Positions 8,016 through 17,200 of a stretch of 39,694 nucleotides of DNA are shown piece by piece. Source of the DNA: Limnohabitans sp. (GTDB lineage: Bacteria; Pseudomonadota; Gammaproteobacteria; Burkholderiales; Burkholderiaceae_C); contig JAVLFR010000024.1 in the NCBI GenBank assembly GCA_046052785.1, positions 1 to 39,694 of the forward strand. The letters are read 5' to 3'. The first letter of the stretch is position 1; every line of letters starts with the position of its first letter. The position numbers and the translations under genes are program-made. The notes beneath the pieces are model-generated. The model saw only the letters and a program-made list of their open reading frames with translations, had not been told where the DNA came from and did not search any database.

Positions 8016-9865
8016 TCAGTTTGTCAGATTGTCTAAATTACTCGGTTTGATCGCTGCGCTGACATGGTCAGTTCCGAAAATTTTGGTATTGATGATCAGT
8101 GCCTCTTCGTAGTATTGCTTGGCTAATTTGTAATTGCCTAAATTGATTAAGAGATTGGCGTAATTGTTGAGTGTCGTTGCCACATCCGAATGCGCGCTGC
8201 CTACAACCGCTTGCTGGATTCTGAGCGCTTGACTGTAGAGTTTGTCGGCTGTTTGCCACTGCCCTAAATCGACAAATATATTAGCTAACCCTTGCATCGA
8301 CTGAGCAGTGTGTGGGTGCTCGAGTCCCAACACCTTGCTTCTAACTTCCAAAGAACGTTCATAAAATGGTTTGGCTTTATCAAAATTCCCCAGTTCAGAA
8401 TGAAAATTGGCCAGTGCAAACAGGGTGTAAGCTGTCAGTGGATGCTCTTCACCCAAGCTATGAGTTCTCAAAAACAATGCGCGATCCAGCAACTCTTGTG
8501 CTTGTGTAAATCGGCCTTGGTCCAGACACAGCGCTGCCATGCCATGCATATTTTGTGCAATCAGTGGGTGGTTTTCACCCAAAATACTCAGCCTGATATT
8601 GAGCGACCGTCTGTGGAGCATTTCAGCTTCATCAAACACTGCTTTATCACTCAAAAGTTGCGCTAAGCCCTGTAAGGTGTGTGCAGTATCGAGGTGCGTT
8701 TCCCAACCAAATCCGTCCTCATAAATGGACAACGCTTGGCGATAAAGCGTTTCAGCATGTGCGTAGTCACCCTTGAAGCGAACCAACGCACCAAGGTTAG
8801 ACAAAGCCGCAGCGGTGTCGGGGTGGTAATTGCCACGTTGTTTTAAAAACACCTGCAGGGCTGCTTCTTGGAGCTGCTCTGACTCTTTAAATTTACCTGC
8901 CAACTCCAACAAGATCGCCAAATCATTTTGGGTAATGGCGGTATCTAAGTGCTCAGGGCCAAGTTGCTGCATGCGCAGACTTAGTGCACGCCTATATGCA
9001 ACATCCGCCTCCTCATATTCACCGATTTCTTTCATCAAAAAGGCTAATCATTAAGTGTGGAAGCGACATCAAGATGGTCTTTGCCCAACACTTTCTCTCG
9101 CAGCTCTAAGGCATTTGTTAACAACGCCTTGGCAGCGACAAACTCACCCTGATCCCTCAGCAAACGAGCCAAATCATTTTCGGTAGAGGCCTTTTCCAGA
9201 CGCAACTCACTGAGATTCAAGTCGCAGTCACTCAAACTTTTCTCAAACAATTCTTTGGCACGCCCGTAGCTGCCAGAGTTTTTCAATGCATTGGCCACAT
9301 TGTTTTGTGATCTCACCCGCAGCGCCAATTCATTGGGATGAAAAGTCTCCACAATGCTCAGAACCTGCACATAAACCATCAAGCTCAGTTCAATTTTTCC
9401 GTGATGACTCAAGTAATGTGCGTACTCATTGAGTGCCGTGATGCTTGCCAAACTGCCATCTACAAAATCACAAAGTCTAGTCAGATGGGGTAGCCACGCC
9501 AGCACCTGTTTTCTAAATGGCGTGTTTGTATCATCAAGGTACTGTGACCACAAAAAGTTAGCTAAATCGCTCGTGCGTGAGTCGCCGATGTGAAACGCTT
9601 GACTACGGTTTTCATCACTCAGCCACTCAGCCAGCATGTCTGGCACAAAGAAAATTTCACCCTCAGATACCTCGACAAAATCATGCACAACTTGCATGGT
9701 GCGGTCCATGTCATCTGTGGATAGTCGCATCATATGTGCTGCCATTTCTAGAGGCAGTGGCCCATGACAAGCCACCATCAGCGCCAAAAACTCCCGAACG
9801 TGCTCTGGATAAGTTTGATCACCAAACGTTCGCTTAAATAACGCAAAAATATCGTGGTCGTTCAT
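8016..9865 (-). pseudogene. TPR-repeat protein (42-aa kinesin-light-chain-type repeats) split by a 1-bp frameshift into ORFs 9044..9865 and 8016..9038
   Basis: Both ORFs carry LG.EHP.TA..L.NLA-type repeats. The junction reads CTT AAT GAT TAG CCT TTT TGA; adding one T gives CTT AAT GAT TTA GCC TTT TTG ATG = LNDLAFLM, matching the repeat consensus. It may be a sequencing error rather than a true pseudogene. Confidence 0.8.
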
Positions 9866-9906
9866 GGGCTATTCCGTCCCAAACTTGCACTGGCTATCAA
9901 ATCCAG

Positions 9907-11040
9907 CTAAAGCAAAGGCAAGAGTTGTAATAAGCCAAGAGTTAAGAATTTGGAATCGTTATCCAAGCCACTGGGTAAAGCTTGCCAAAGCGGTTGCAGC
10001 ACAAAAGAAGACGTCGACCCAAGGCTGGCCAAGACCTCGGGACTCAAGACATACCAAATTTGCCGCGTGCCCTCGGTATTGACTTGACCCGCACGAACCC
10101 AATCACTGTCGGGCTTTAAAAAAAACACGCTGTCATTGACTCGCAGTTGCAAATCTGTTCTCTGTTTGAAGTATCCCAACCAAGAGGCCTGCCCTTCTTG
10201 CAACGCATCGGGTTTAACAACCAGCAGCAACTTCATTTGTCCCTCAAAACGAGCCAAAGCCACAGTCAAAATGGCGCTGCTACTCACCTGTCTTTTAGAT
10301 TGGAATGCCAACTTTTTGCCACCTGTTGACGTCTCCATTTTCCACAAAGAAGCGGGTGCTGAGACACGGCTGATATCTGTTTCAACCCCCCACGATTTGC
10401 GGTTGTGTGCTGCAATGAAAGTGACTTTGCCGGGGTCGGTCATCAGCGCTTGATCTAACAGGTTGCGACTGACGTTCATGGCGTCCATGTACTTGCCTAA
10501 GGTGGCCGCAATTTTTTGAGTTTGTATCGGGTCCAAGTTATTGTCTTTACCTCGGAACTGATGGACTCCAAAATCTGCTCGGCTCGCCACCACTCGTTGT
10601 GTGCCACCAAGAAATGTATAGGCGCATGACGAGATGCATTTTTTAAAGCCCACTTGATCTTTGAACCCATGGCTACCAAAGGTTGACGCATCAGCCACAT
10701 AGGTATTGAATTCACGCGCGCGGATGTACTGCCCCAACATCAAACCACCTAGCAAATCTCCCCCAGGGCTTTGCAAAATAATGGTGGTGCCTTTGGGCAA
10801 GTCTGCACCCATGGTGGCGAGTGCCTCGGCACTTTGCCGCTCAATTTGCCCCACGGCCAATACATAGCTGTTCCCACCCATGGGCAAGGGTTCTTGCAAG
10901 CAAACAGCCTCGGGTGGTGCTGAAGTTGAAGGGTTGTCGCACAAGGCGATGCGTTGGAATGACATGCTCGGCACATCGGCCGCATGTGCAGCGCTAAAAA
11001 TCAGCGCAATAACTAACCACTTAGCGTTCACGGAATGCAT
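9907..11040 (-). CDS. Exported ClpP/crotonase-fold protein (COG3904-like) with an extra C-terminal domain
   Basis: Signal peptide KWLVIALIFSAAHA-AD; motifs ILQSPGG, CISSCAYTFLGG..R and FGVHQF. Start (ATG 11040 or GTG 11031) overlaps the hlyD stop. Confidence 0.75.
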   Translation of the reverse strand: MHSVNAKWLVIALIFSAAHAADVPSMSFQRIALCDNPSTSAPPEAVCLQEPLPMGGNSYVLAVGQIERQSAEALATMGADLPKGTTIILQSPGGDLLGGLMLGQYIRAREFNTYVADASTFGSHGFKDQVGFKKCISSCAYTFLGGTQRVVASRADFGVHQFRGKDNNLDPIQTQKIAATLGKYMDAMNVSRNLLDQALMTDPGKVTFIAAHNRKSWGVETDISRVSAPASLWKMETSTGGKKLAFQSKRQVSSSAILTVALARFEGQMKLLLVVKPDALQEGQASWLGYFKQRTDLQLRVNDSVFFLKPDSDWVRAGQVNTEGTRQIWYVLSPEVLASLGSTSSFVLQPLWQALPSGLDNDSKFLTLGLLQLLPLL

Positions 11041-12283
11041 TTTCTTTGACGCCCACAATCGGCTTCATCAAATATTGCATCACTGTTTTGTTGCCCGTGA
11101 TGATGTCGACTTGGGCTTGCATACCAGGAATGATCGGGAGCTTTTTGCCCAACGAGTTCATCACGGAGGTCTTAGTTTCGATGCGCGCCAAATAGTAATA
11201 CACCGTTTGGCCCCTCTCCTCGCGCGAAATCGCATCTGCAGACAGATTGGTCACTACGCCGACCATCGATCCAAAGATCGAATAGTCATAGGCTGAAATT
11301 TTCACGTCAGCCATTTGCCCAATCTTCACAAAACCAATATCTTGCGGACGAATTTGAGCCTCGACCACCAACACATCATCCGTTGGCACCACTTCTAAAA
11401 CCTGCTCACCAGGTTTGATCACGCCACCCACCGTGCTCACCAACACGCGGTTGACCACCCCTTTCATGGGGGCCTTGATATACGTTCTCTCCACACGGTC
11501 CGCCAAGGCAGGCAAACCCTTTTTGAGGGGGTTGAGCTCCATTGAGGTCTTCGCCATTTCGGCAGACACCTCACTTTTGTATTGCCGTTTGAGCGCATCC
11601 AACTTTGACCTGGCTTCATCCACGCGAGCTTCAGTTCTGATCAGCTCGAGTCGCGGCTCCAGCCCTCGCTCTACCAAACGCCTGACGATCTCTAGCTCTG
11701 AAGACGCATTTTTCAATTGACCCTCGTACACCACTTGGTCAGCCCGAAATCGTAATTTGCGGTTTTGGTACTCGGCCATTTCGAGGATGGCGTAATTCTT
11801 GGCAATTTCTAGAAAGTCTGGCGCAAACACCAAGGGCTTGTCTTCCAACTCGGCCATCAAGCGTGCCTCTTTGGCCATCAAGGAGAGCACCTGCTGCTTT
11901 TTGGTCTCAAAGTCGGCCACAAACTGAGTGGATGAAAGGGTCACCAACACTTGACCCTTCTCAACCAAATCGCCCTGCCGAACCTCAATTTTTTCAACAA
12001 TACCGCCCTCCATGTTTTGCAAAACTTGCATCTTGGCTGAGGGAATCATGCGACCTTCGGCATGTGTCACCTCATCAACGTGAGCGAGGGCTGCCCAGAT
12101 CACCAGCACCACGATCAAACCCACAATCGAATTGACCAACACATAAGATGCCTTATGGGGTTGCCCAATGCGCGAGTGATACAAGCCAGGCGTCTCAGAG
12201 CCAGCATCGTCATTCTCAACGCCTCTGATCAAGCCTTTGATCTTGATTTTGAGGCTTTTGACTGTTTCAAAAAAGAAAGCCAT
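11021..12283 (-). CDS. HlyD-family type I secretion periplasmic adaptor
   Basis: Single TM followed by WAALAHVDEVTHAEGRMIP, QNMEGGIV, IKAPMKGVV, GGVIKPG, DIGFVKIGQ, AYDYSIFG, PGMQAQVDIITG and the C-terminal AFRER. Confidence 0.96.
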   Translation of the reverse strand: MAFFFETVKSLKIKIKGLIRGVENDDAGSETPGLYHSRIGQPHKASYVLVNSIVGLIVVLVIWAALAHVDEVTHAEGRMIPSAKMQVLQNMEGGIVEKIEVRQGDLVEKGQVLVTLSSTQFVADFETKKQQVLSLMAKEARLMAELEDKPLVFAPDFLEIAKNYAILEMAEYQNRKLRFRADQVVYEGQLKNASSELEIVRRLVERGLEPRLELIRTEARVDEARSKLDALKRQYKSEVSAEMAKTSMELNPLKKGLPALADRVERTYIKAPMKGVVNRVLVSTVGGVIKPGEQVLEVVPTDDVLVVEAQIRPQDIGFVKIGQMADVKISAYDYSIFGSMVGVVTNLSADAISREERGQTVYYYLARIETKTSVMNSLGKKLPIIPGMQAQVDIITGNKTVMQYLMKPIVGVKENAFRER

Positions 12284-14505
12284 TAACCAGTCTTTCCATA
12301 TCCAAAATTGTCAGACACTGCCGCACCAATTTGACCACTAGGTGCTTGCACTACAGGACTTTGCTCAGGTCCCTGGGGCCTGGGCTTCAAAAAGTCAGAC
12401 TTGGGTCCATGAGCCACCAAGCGGCCTTGATCCATCACCAGCACATGGTCGATCAGCTCAATGATGGAAGATCTATGGGTGATCACCACAATGGTTTGGT
12501 TGATCAACTCCGCTTTCAAGCGCTCGATCAATGCTTTTTCACCTGGTAAATCCATCGCGCTGGTGGGTTCATCCAACAACACAATCGGCGGACGCCCCAC
12601 CAAGGCGCGGGCAATCGTGATGGCTTGCTTTTGCCCACCCGACAAGCCCTCTCCCCGCTCCTTCAAGCGCAAACCATAGCCGTCAGGATGTTGAGAAATA
12701 AAGTCATGCACACCCGCCAAAACAGAAGCATCCAAGATTTCTTGATCTGACGGGTTCACACCGCCAATGGCAATGTTTTGTTTGACCGATCCCGTCATCA
12801 GCCACACATCTTGCATGACCGTGCCCACATTGCGCCGCAAATCGGCAGGGTCGAGTTGGCGGCTGTCCACGCCGTCGATCAGAATCGCGCCTGAATCGGG
12901 TTGATACAAACCCAATATTAATTTGGCTACAGTTGACTTACCAGAGCCCACCTTGCCCACCAAGGCCACGCGTTCACCCGGTTCAATTTTGAAGCTGATG
13001 TTTTGCAAGCCGTTTTCCGACTGCTCTGGGTAGTTAAAGCACACGTTTCTAAACTCAATCGAACCTTGCCACTGATTGCGCGTCAAATATGCTTGGTTTT
13101 GCTTGTGCTCACGCGGCTGTTGCATCAGCGCGGACAAAGATTTGTAGCTTGCAATCGACTGGTTGATCCGCGTCAGCAACTGTGACAACTGCGCCAATGG
13201 CGCAATGCATCGGCCTGACAGCATCGAACACGCCACAATCGCGCCCGAACCAATCATGCCGTATTGTGTCAAGTACACGCCCACCGTGACTGTGCCCACC
13301 CACACCAGCTGATTGGAAAAATTTGACACATTGCCAGCGAACTGAGCCAACATACGTGTTTTCAAACCAATCGCCGATTGATGCGCAATCACATCTTGCC
13401 AGCGACGACGCATCACCGAACCTGCGCCAATTGCTTTGATGGTCTCGATGCCTTGCAGGGTTTCAATGGCTACCGAATGTTTGGTTTGGCCATCTTCATA
13501 ACTGGTTTGTGTGAGCTGCTTCATGCGAGGCTGAATCAACAAACTCGCGCCCACCACCAAGGGTATGGCCAGCAAAGGCACCAGTACCAGTGGGCCACCA
13601 ATGCTCCAAATAACAAACAAAAACAAAATGGCAAACGGAATATCAATCAAAGTCGTTAAGGTGGCCGAGGTCATGAACTCGCGCAAAGTTTCAAATTCTC
13701 GCAACGAATTGGCAATCGACCCAATGGGTCCCCTGCGGGCCTTCAACTCCATGTCAATCACTTGCTCAAACAATGTGTCGGCAATCACCATGTCGGCCTG
13801 CGCACCCGCCACATCTAAAAAATAGCTTCTTAGGGTGCGAATGATGAAGTCGCAAATGAAAATAATAAACACGCCAATGAGCAGTGCAGTCAAGGTCTCC
13901 ATCGCACCATTGGGCATCACTCTGTCGTACACAATCATTGAAAAGCCTGAGGTAGCCAGCGCAAAAATATTGGTCAACAGCGCGGCCAAGGCCACTTGAA
14001 AATAAATGGTCTTGGAAGCAAACAAGGGGCCAAAAAACCAATGCCCGTAACGGCCTTGATGCGTCTGTGAATCACCGTCAGACAGTTTGATAGGCTCACT
14101 CAGCACATACAGTTGGCCCGTGTACAAATTGGCTAAGGTCTGCGGTAAAAGTTCTTCTGGCCTGTCACTTTGCTCTGGTGCGAAGAGCAAAGCGGGGTGC
14201 TCTTCATTCCTAGGTAGCACCGCGGCGGCAAAGCCTTGCTCGGTACGCAAGATAAAGGGTGCATTCAGTGCCAGCACCTCATTCATCGACTGCTTAAGCC
14301 ATTGGCAGCGCACGCCCAAGCTTTCAATGGCCTCGACCGCTTCATCAAATGTCCAAGGCCCTGGCATACGGGCCACCCTCGCACGTAACGAGGCTGCTGA
14401 CATGTGTTTATCGAAATGTTGTAGAACCCATAAGATGCATAACTCTGTGGGATCCTGCGCTGCCTGTTTTAGGCGTTCTTCTGCAGGGGTAACGTCAATA
14501 GCCAT
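12283..14505 (-). CDS. Type I secretion ABC transporter (permease/ATPase, LapB/LssB-like, N-terminal C39-like domain)
   Basis: HWFFG, SMIVYDRVMPN, Walker A GKVGSGKS, signature LSGGQ, Walker B LLDEPTS and H-loop VITHR. Confidence 0.96.
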   Translation of the reverse strand: MAIDVTPAEERLKQAAQDPTELCILWVLQHFDKHMSAASLRARVARMPGPWTFDEAVEAIESLGVRCQWLKQSMNEVLALNAPFILRTEQGFAAAVLPRNEEHPALLFAPEQSDRPEELLPQTLANLYTGQLYVLSEPIKLSDGDSQTHQGRYGHWFFGPLFASKTIYFQVALAALLTNIFALATSGFSMIVYDRVMPNGAMETLTALLIGVFIIFICDFIIRTLRSYFLDVAGAQADMVIADTLFEQVIDMELKARRGPIGSIANSLREFETLREFMTSATLTTLIDIPFAILFLFVIWSIGGPLVLVPLLAIPLVVGASLLIQPRMKQLTQTSYEDGQTKHSVAIETLQGIETIKAIGAGSVMRRRWQDVIAHQSAIGLKTRMLAQFAGNVSNFSNQLVWVGTVTVGVYLTQYGMIGSGAIVACSMLSGRCIAPLAQLSQLLTRINQSIASYKSLSALMQQPREHKQNQAYLTRNQWQGSIEFRNVCFNYPEQSENGLQNISFKIEPGERVALVGKVGSGKSTVAKLILGLYQPDSGAILIDGVDSRQLDPADLRRNVGTVMQDVWLMTGSVKQNIAIGGVNPSDQEILDASVLAGVHDFISQHPDGYGLRLKERGEGLSGGQKQAITIARALVGRPPIVLLDEPTSAMDLPGEKALIERLKAELINQTIVVITHRSSIIELIDHVLVMDQGRLVAHGPKSDFLKPRPQGPEQSPVVQAPSGQIGAAVSDNFGYGKTG

Positions 14506-14517
14506 GTGGGTTTCTTC

Positions 14518-16881
14518 TTAATCTTTTGAGGTCATTGAAACCAAGGTGCCCAAGTCGAACATTTTGTCCAGCTGTGCTGTCAAATGCAGCAACCTATAGC
14601 GAACCAAAATGCGATCTGCCGACGCGTCAATTAAATCCCGTCCCGCTTGGTACAAGCCCTCTTGTACCGTGATCAGGTCCAACAAAGAGCCACGGTTAAA
14701 GGCAAACTGCTCACGCACCGCGCGCATCGAATCAATCGCTGAATTAGCCGAGGCCTTGCGTGCTGCAATCAAATCTTCGTTGTTGCGAATTTCAGCTTGG
14801 CTTTGACTCAATACCTTTTGGTATTGGCGCATGCCCGATTGAAACTCCTCCCAAGCTTGCTGTGATTTGTACATCGCTTCGTTTTTTCGGGCAGTGTCGG
14901 CACCCCCTGTATAAAACTCGTACTTGAGTTGCAACACCATCGACGAGTTGCGACTTGGCGAATCTGCGGGAATGGTTGGCCCGTTCACCCCGTTGATGTT
15001 GTTGCTATAGACAAGTTGAAGACTGGGTAAAGCTTTGGCAGCCACGCTCTTATAGTCTTCCAAAGAGGCATCACGCAAGCGTGCCAGTTGTTGCAAACCA
15101 GGGTAGGCATTGGCTAATTCTTCTGCATTGGTGTTCAAGCCCTCAATCGCAAACTCATGCAAGGGGCCGTTCACAATGTCTCTGGCAGTCACGCCAAATG
15201 CTTCTCGATACGCTGACTCGGCATTGCTCAGGCGCGTTTCCATCAAACTGATGTTTGACAAAGCCTCTGCGTACTTGGACTCGACCCGCACAATGTCAGC
15301 CTTGGTGCCGCCGCCTAGCTCGCTTCGCTCTTTCACCAACTTCACCACAGACAAACGTGAATTGGCATTTTGGCGGGCTAACTTGAGTTGCGCCTTCGCA
15401 CGCTCAAGGTCCACAAATACAGAGATTGTTTTCAGGGCATATTCTGACTTTTTGGAGTTCAGCAATTCCTGCTGAGCCAATAGGCGCGCCTCGCCTGCGC
15501 GCACACCGGACAATGCAGATCCAAAGTCAAACACCAGCTGGCTGATGCTGAAACCATAATTTGAACCTCGTCGGTCATATGACTTCGACCCATCAATGTA
15601 AGGGTCACGTCCAGCGTTTCTTCGGCCCGTCTCGGCCGTCCCCATCAACTGCGGCAGCATACTCGCCCCTGCCAATGACTTCGATGCCTGCGATTGCCCC
15701 ACTAGGCTCGACACAATGCCCACATCAGGGCTGGCCACCACGGCCTCTTTCACTCGCAGTTTGAATTCTTCAAACGTCATGGCATTCACACTGCTCTTGT
15801 TATTTGGCAGTTCTTTGATCACCACCGAAATCAATTCCTCACCCAAGGCCGCGATGCGCGGGGGTAGATCGGTAGCTTGCGACATCGTTGTCCAGCTCGC
15901 CGAGTTATAGCGGTCAGGGTCACCGCTTTTTTGAACAACTGCAGACTCAGGCCCAGCCATTGCCAAGATTGTTGCCGTACCAGTGCTGGCGGACAATTTG
16001 TGGACTTGGTGGGGCATCACGGCATGCACTGCTTTGGGGGCTTCCTTGGCATGCTCCGCTATTAACATGGCGACCACATTTGACTGACGTGGTACATCAT
16101 TCGAATATGCTTCTAACGCAGTTCTTGTCGGCGCCAACTCTGGGGTGACAGTACCCATCAATTCATCAAGCGATTTATTGTGTTTCGTGGTGGCTGCTAC
16201 CGCCACGCTCACTACTTGCTTTGAGGAAGCAACTTGAAGCACGGCTGCTTTGGACACAAGTGTCGTCTCAGCTGCCGCTGACTCTGGAGGCATCACCAAA
16301 CCACTGGGCAAATGCAGCAAGCTTGAAAGAGGCGCGATTTGCGCTGCCGCCGTTTGCACGGGCGAGCGCACCACTTCTGCGGTCTTAGGTGACCAGTTGG
16401 CACTCAAAGCTTTAGCTTGCTGTGAATAAGCGGTGGTTAAAAAGTCTCCCGATGTCAGCAAGGTGATCACCGCAACATACACCGCGGAATGTGCCAAGAT
16501 CAATGACTTGGTGGGGGACTCCTTTTTTTCAGTTGTCGGTTTCGGTGGCATACCTGCTTTTGGCGCTGGTGCACTCACCAAGTTGGGATTCATAAACCGA
16601 GAAGCAATAGACGAGACAGCGGGCTTGGTGGCCTCAACTTGAGGTTCCATTGCGTCAAAAGGCTTGATCGAAAAGCGCGTAAAAAGCATCGATTTTTGCG
16701 AGGGCAACATGGCCGCCCATTGCTCGCTTGTTAGCCACATCAGCTGCTTATAAGTCAATGAATGCAGTTGCGGGATGGTCAGGGTTGTAAATCTTTCGGG
16801 CGGGATCGCTGTGATCACCTCCATCGACAGCGCACGAATTTCTAGACCAGTTAGTGAACTCAAATCCATGGAATCAGACAT
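14518..16881 (-). CDS. TolC-family outer-membrane channel of a T1SS with a ~370-aa N-terminal extension
   Basis: The C-terminal ~420 aa show two OEP repeats (LPQL, SISQLVFDFG, GGGTKADI, LPSLQL, YEFYTGG, EQFAFNRGSLLDLI). The start position is uncertain. Confidence 0.9.
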   Translation of the reverse strand: MSDSMDLSSLTGLEIRALSMEVITAIPPERFTTLTIPQLHSLTYKQLMWLTSEQWAAMLPSQKSMLFTRFSIKPFDAMEPQVEATKPAVSSIASRFMNPNLVSAPAPKAGMPPKPTTEKKESPTKSLILAHSAVYVAVITLLTSGDFLTTAYSQQAKALSANWSPKTAEVVRSPVQTAAAQIAPLSSLLHLPSGLVMPPESAAAETTLVSKAAVLQVASSKQVVSVAVAATTKHNKSLDELMGTVTPELAPTRTALEAYSNDVPRQSNVVAMLIAEHAKEAPKAVHAVMPHQVHKLSASTGTATILAMAGPESAVVQKSGDPDRYNSASWTTMSQATDLPPRIAALGEELISVVIKELPNNKSSVNAMTFEEFKLRVKEAVVASPDVGIVSSLVGQSQASKSLAGASMLPQLMGTAETGRRNAGRDPYIDGSKSYDRRGSNYGFSISQLVFDFGSALSGVRAGEARLLAQQELLNSKKSEYALKTISVFVDLERAKAQLKLARQNANSRLSVVKLVKERSELGGGTKADIVRVESKYAEALSNISLMETRLSNAESAYREAFGVTARDIVNGPLHEFAIEGLNTNAEELANAYPGLQQLARLRDASLEDYKSVAAKALPSLQLVYSNNINGVNGPTIPADSPSRNSSMVLQLKYEFYTGGADTARKNEAMYKSQQAWEEFQSGMRQYQKVLSQSQAEIRNNEDLIAARKASANSAIDSMRAVREQFAFNRGSLLDLITVQEGLYQAGRDLIDASADRILVRYRLLHLTAQLDKMFDLGTLVSMTSKD

Positions 16882-17072
16882 GCTTCACCCCATTTCTGAA
16901 GATACAAAAATCAAAGATGCAATTGATGGATCTTTGATTTGCGATTTAGAGTTCCAATCAAAACAACCATGGCACTGCCCTCCTGTCTTGCACGCTAAAC
17001 TGAAGTTGTGCGGGTTGTCATTCAAGTTCATAACGAAATTCAGCTTTAAAAAATACAAAAAGTGGACACTTG

Positions 17073-17086
17073 TTGAAATGGATCAA
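17073..17086. promoter_or_regulatory. Possible FNR/CRP-family operator upstream of the tolC-ABC-hlyD operon
   Basis: TTGAA-ATGG-ATCAA versus the consensus TTGAT-N4-ATCAA (9/10 match), in the AT-rich 319-bp intergenic region. Confidence 0.3.
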
Positions 17087-17200
17087 TTGTTGATCGGCAC
17101 AATCTTGTTAAAGATTATGGTTGATCCATGTTTATTTTGCTGAAAACTTATTAAAGTTGACAAATTTTGATAAAAATTGCGATTTGTTGAAAATAACTAT

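Noticed and set aside
7994-8016. TCGAC/GTCGA inverted repeat at the ldcA-TPR convergence as a bidirectional terminator
   Set aside because: The stem is short (5-7 bp, including G-U), and the U-tracts are weak, so there is too little support to call it.
9037-9047. Programmed frameshift, readthrough or phase variation at the TPR junction
   Set aside because: The A5 run at 9037..9041 lies after the TAG, no slippery heptamer precedes the stop, and simple readthrough would meet a TGA two codons later.
8016-9465. 126-bp periodicity in the TPR gene (and 297-bp periodicity in the adhesin) as a CRISPR array or DGR template/variable repeats
   Set aside because: The repeats are in-frame, protein-coding and degenerate at synonymous sites. 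There is no spacer structure, no cas or reverse transcriptase gene, and no evident adenine-specific mismatch pattern.
16968-16995. TGGCAC hexamers (here and near 21141..21148 on the minus strand) as sigma-54 promoters
   Set aside because: The required GG-N10-GC spacing with TTGC at -12 is not met.
16775-17143. 122-aa plus-strand ORF across the tolC-adhesin intergenic region
   Set aside because: It overlaps the tolC 5' end in antisense, runs through an AT-rich promoter-like region, has no evident SD and shows no recognisable motif.
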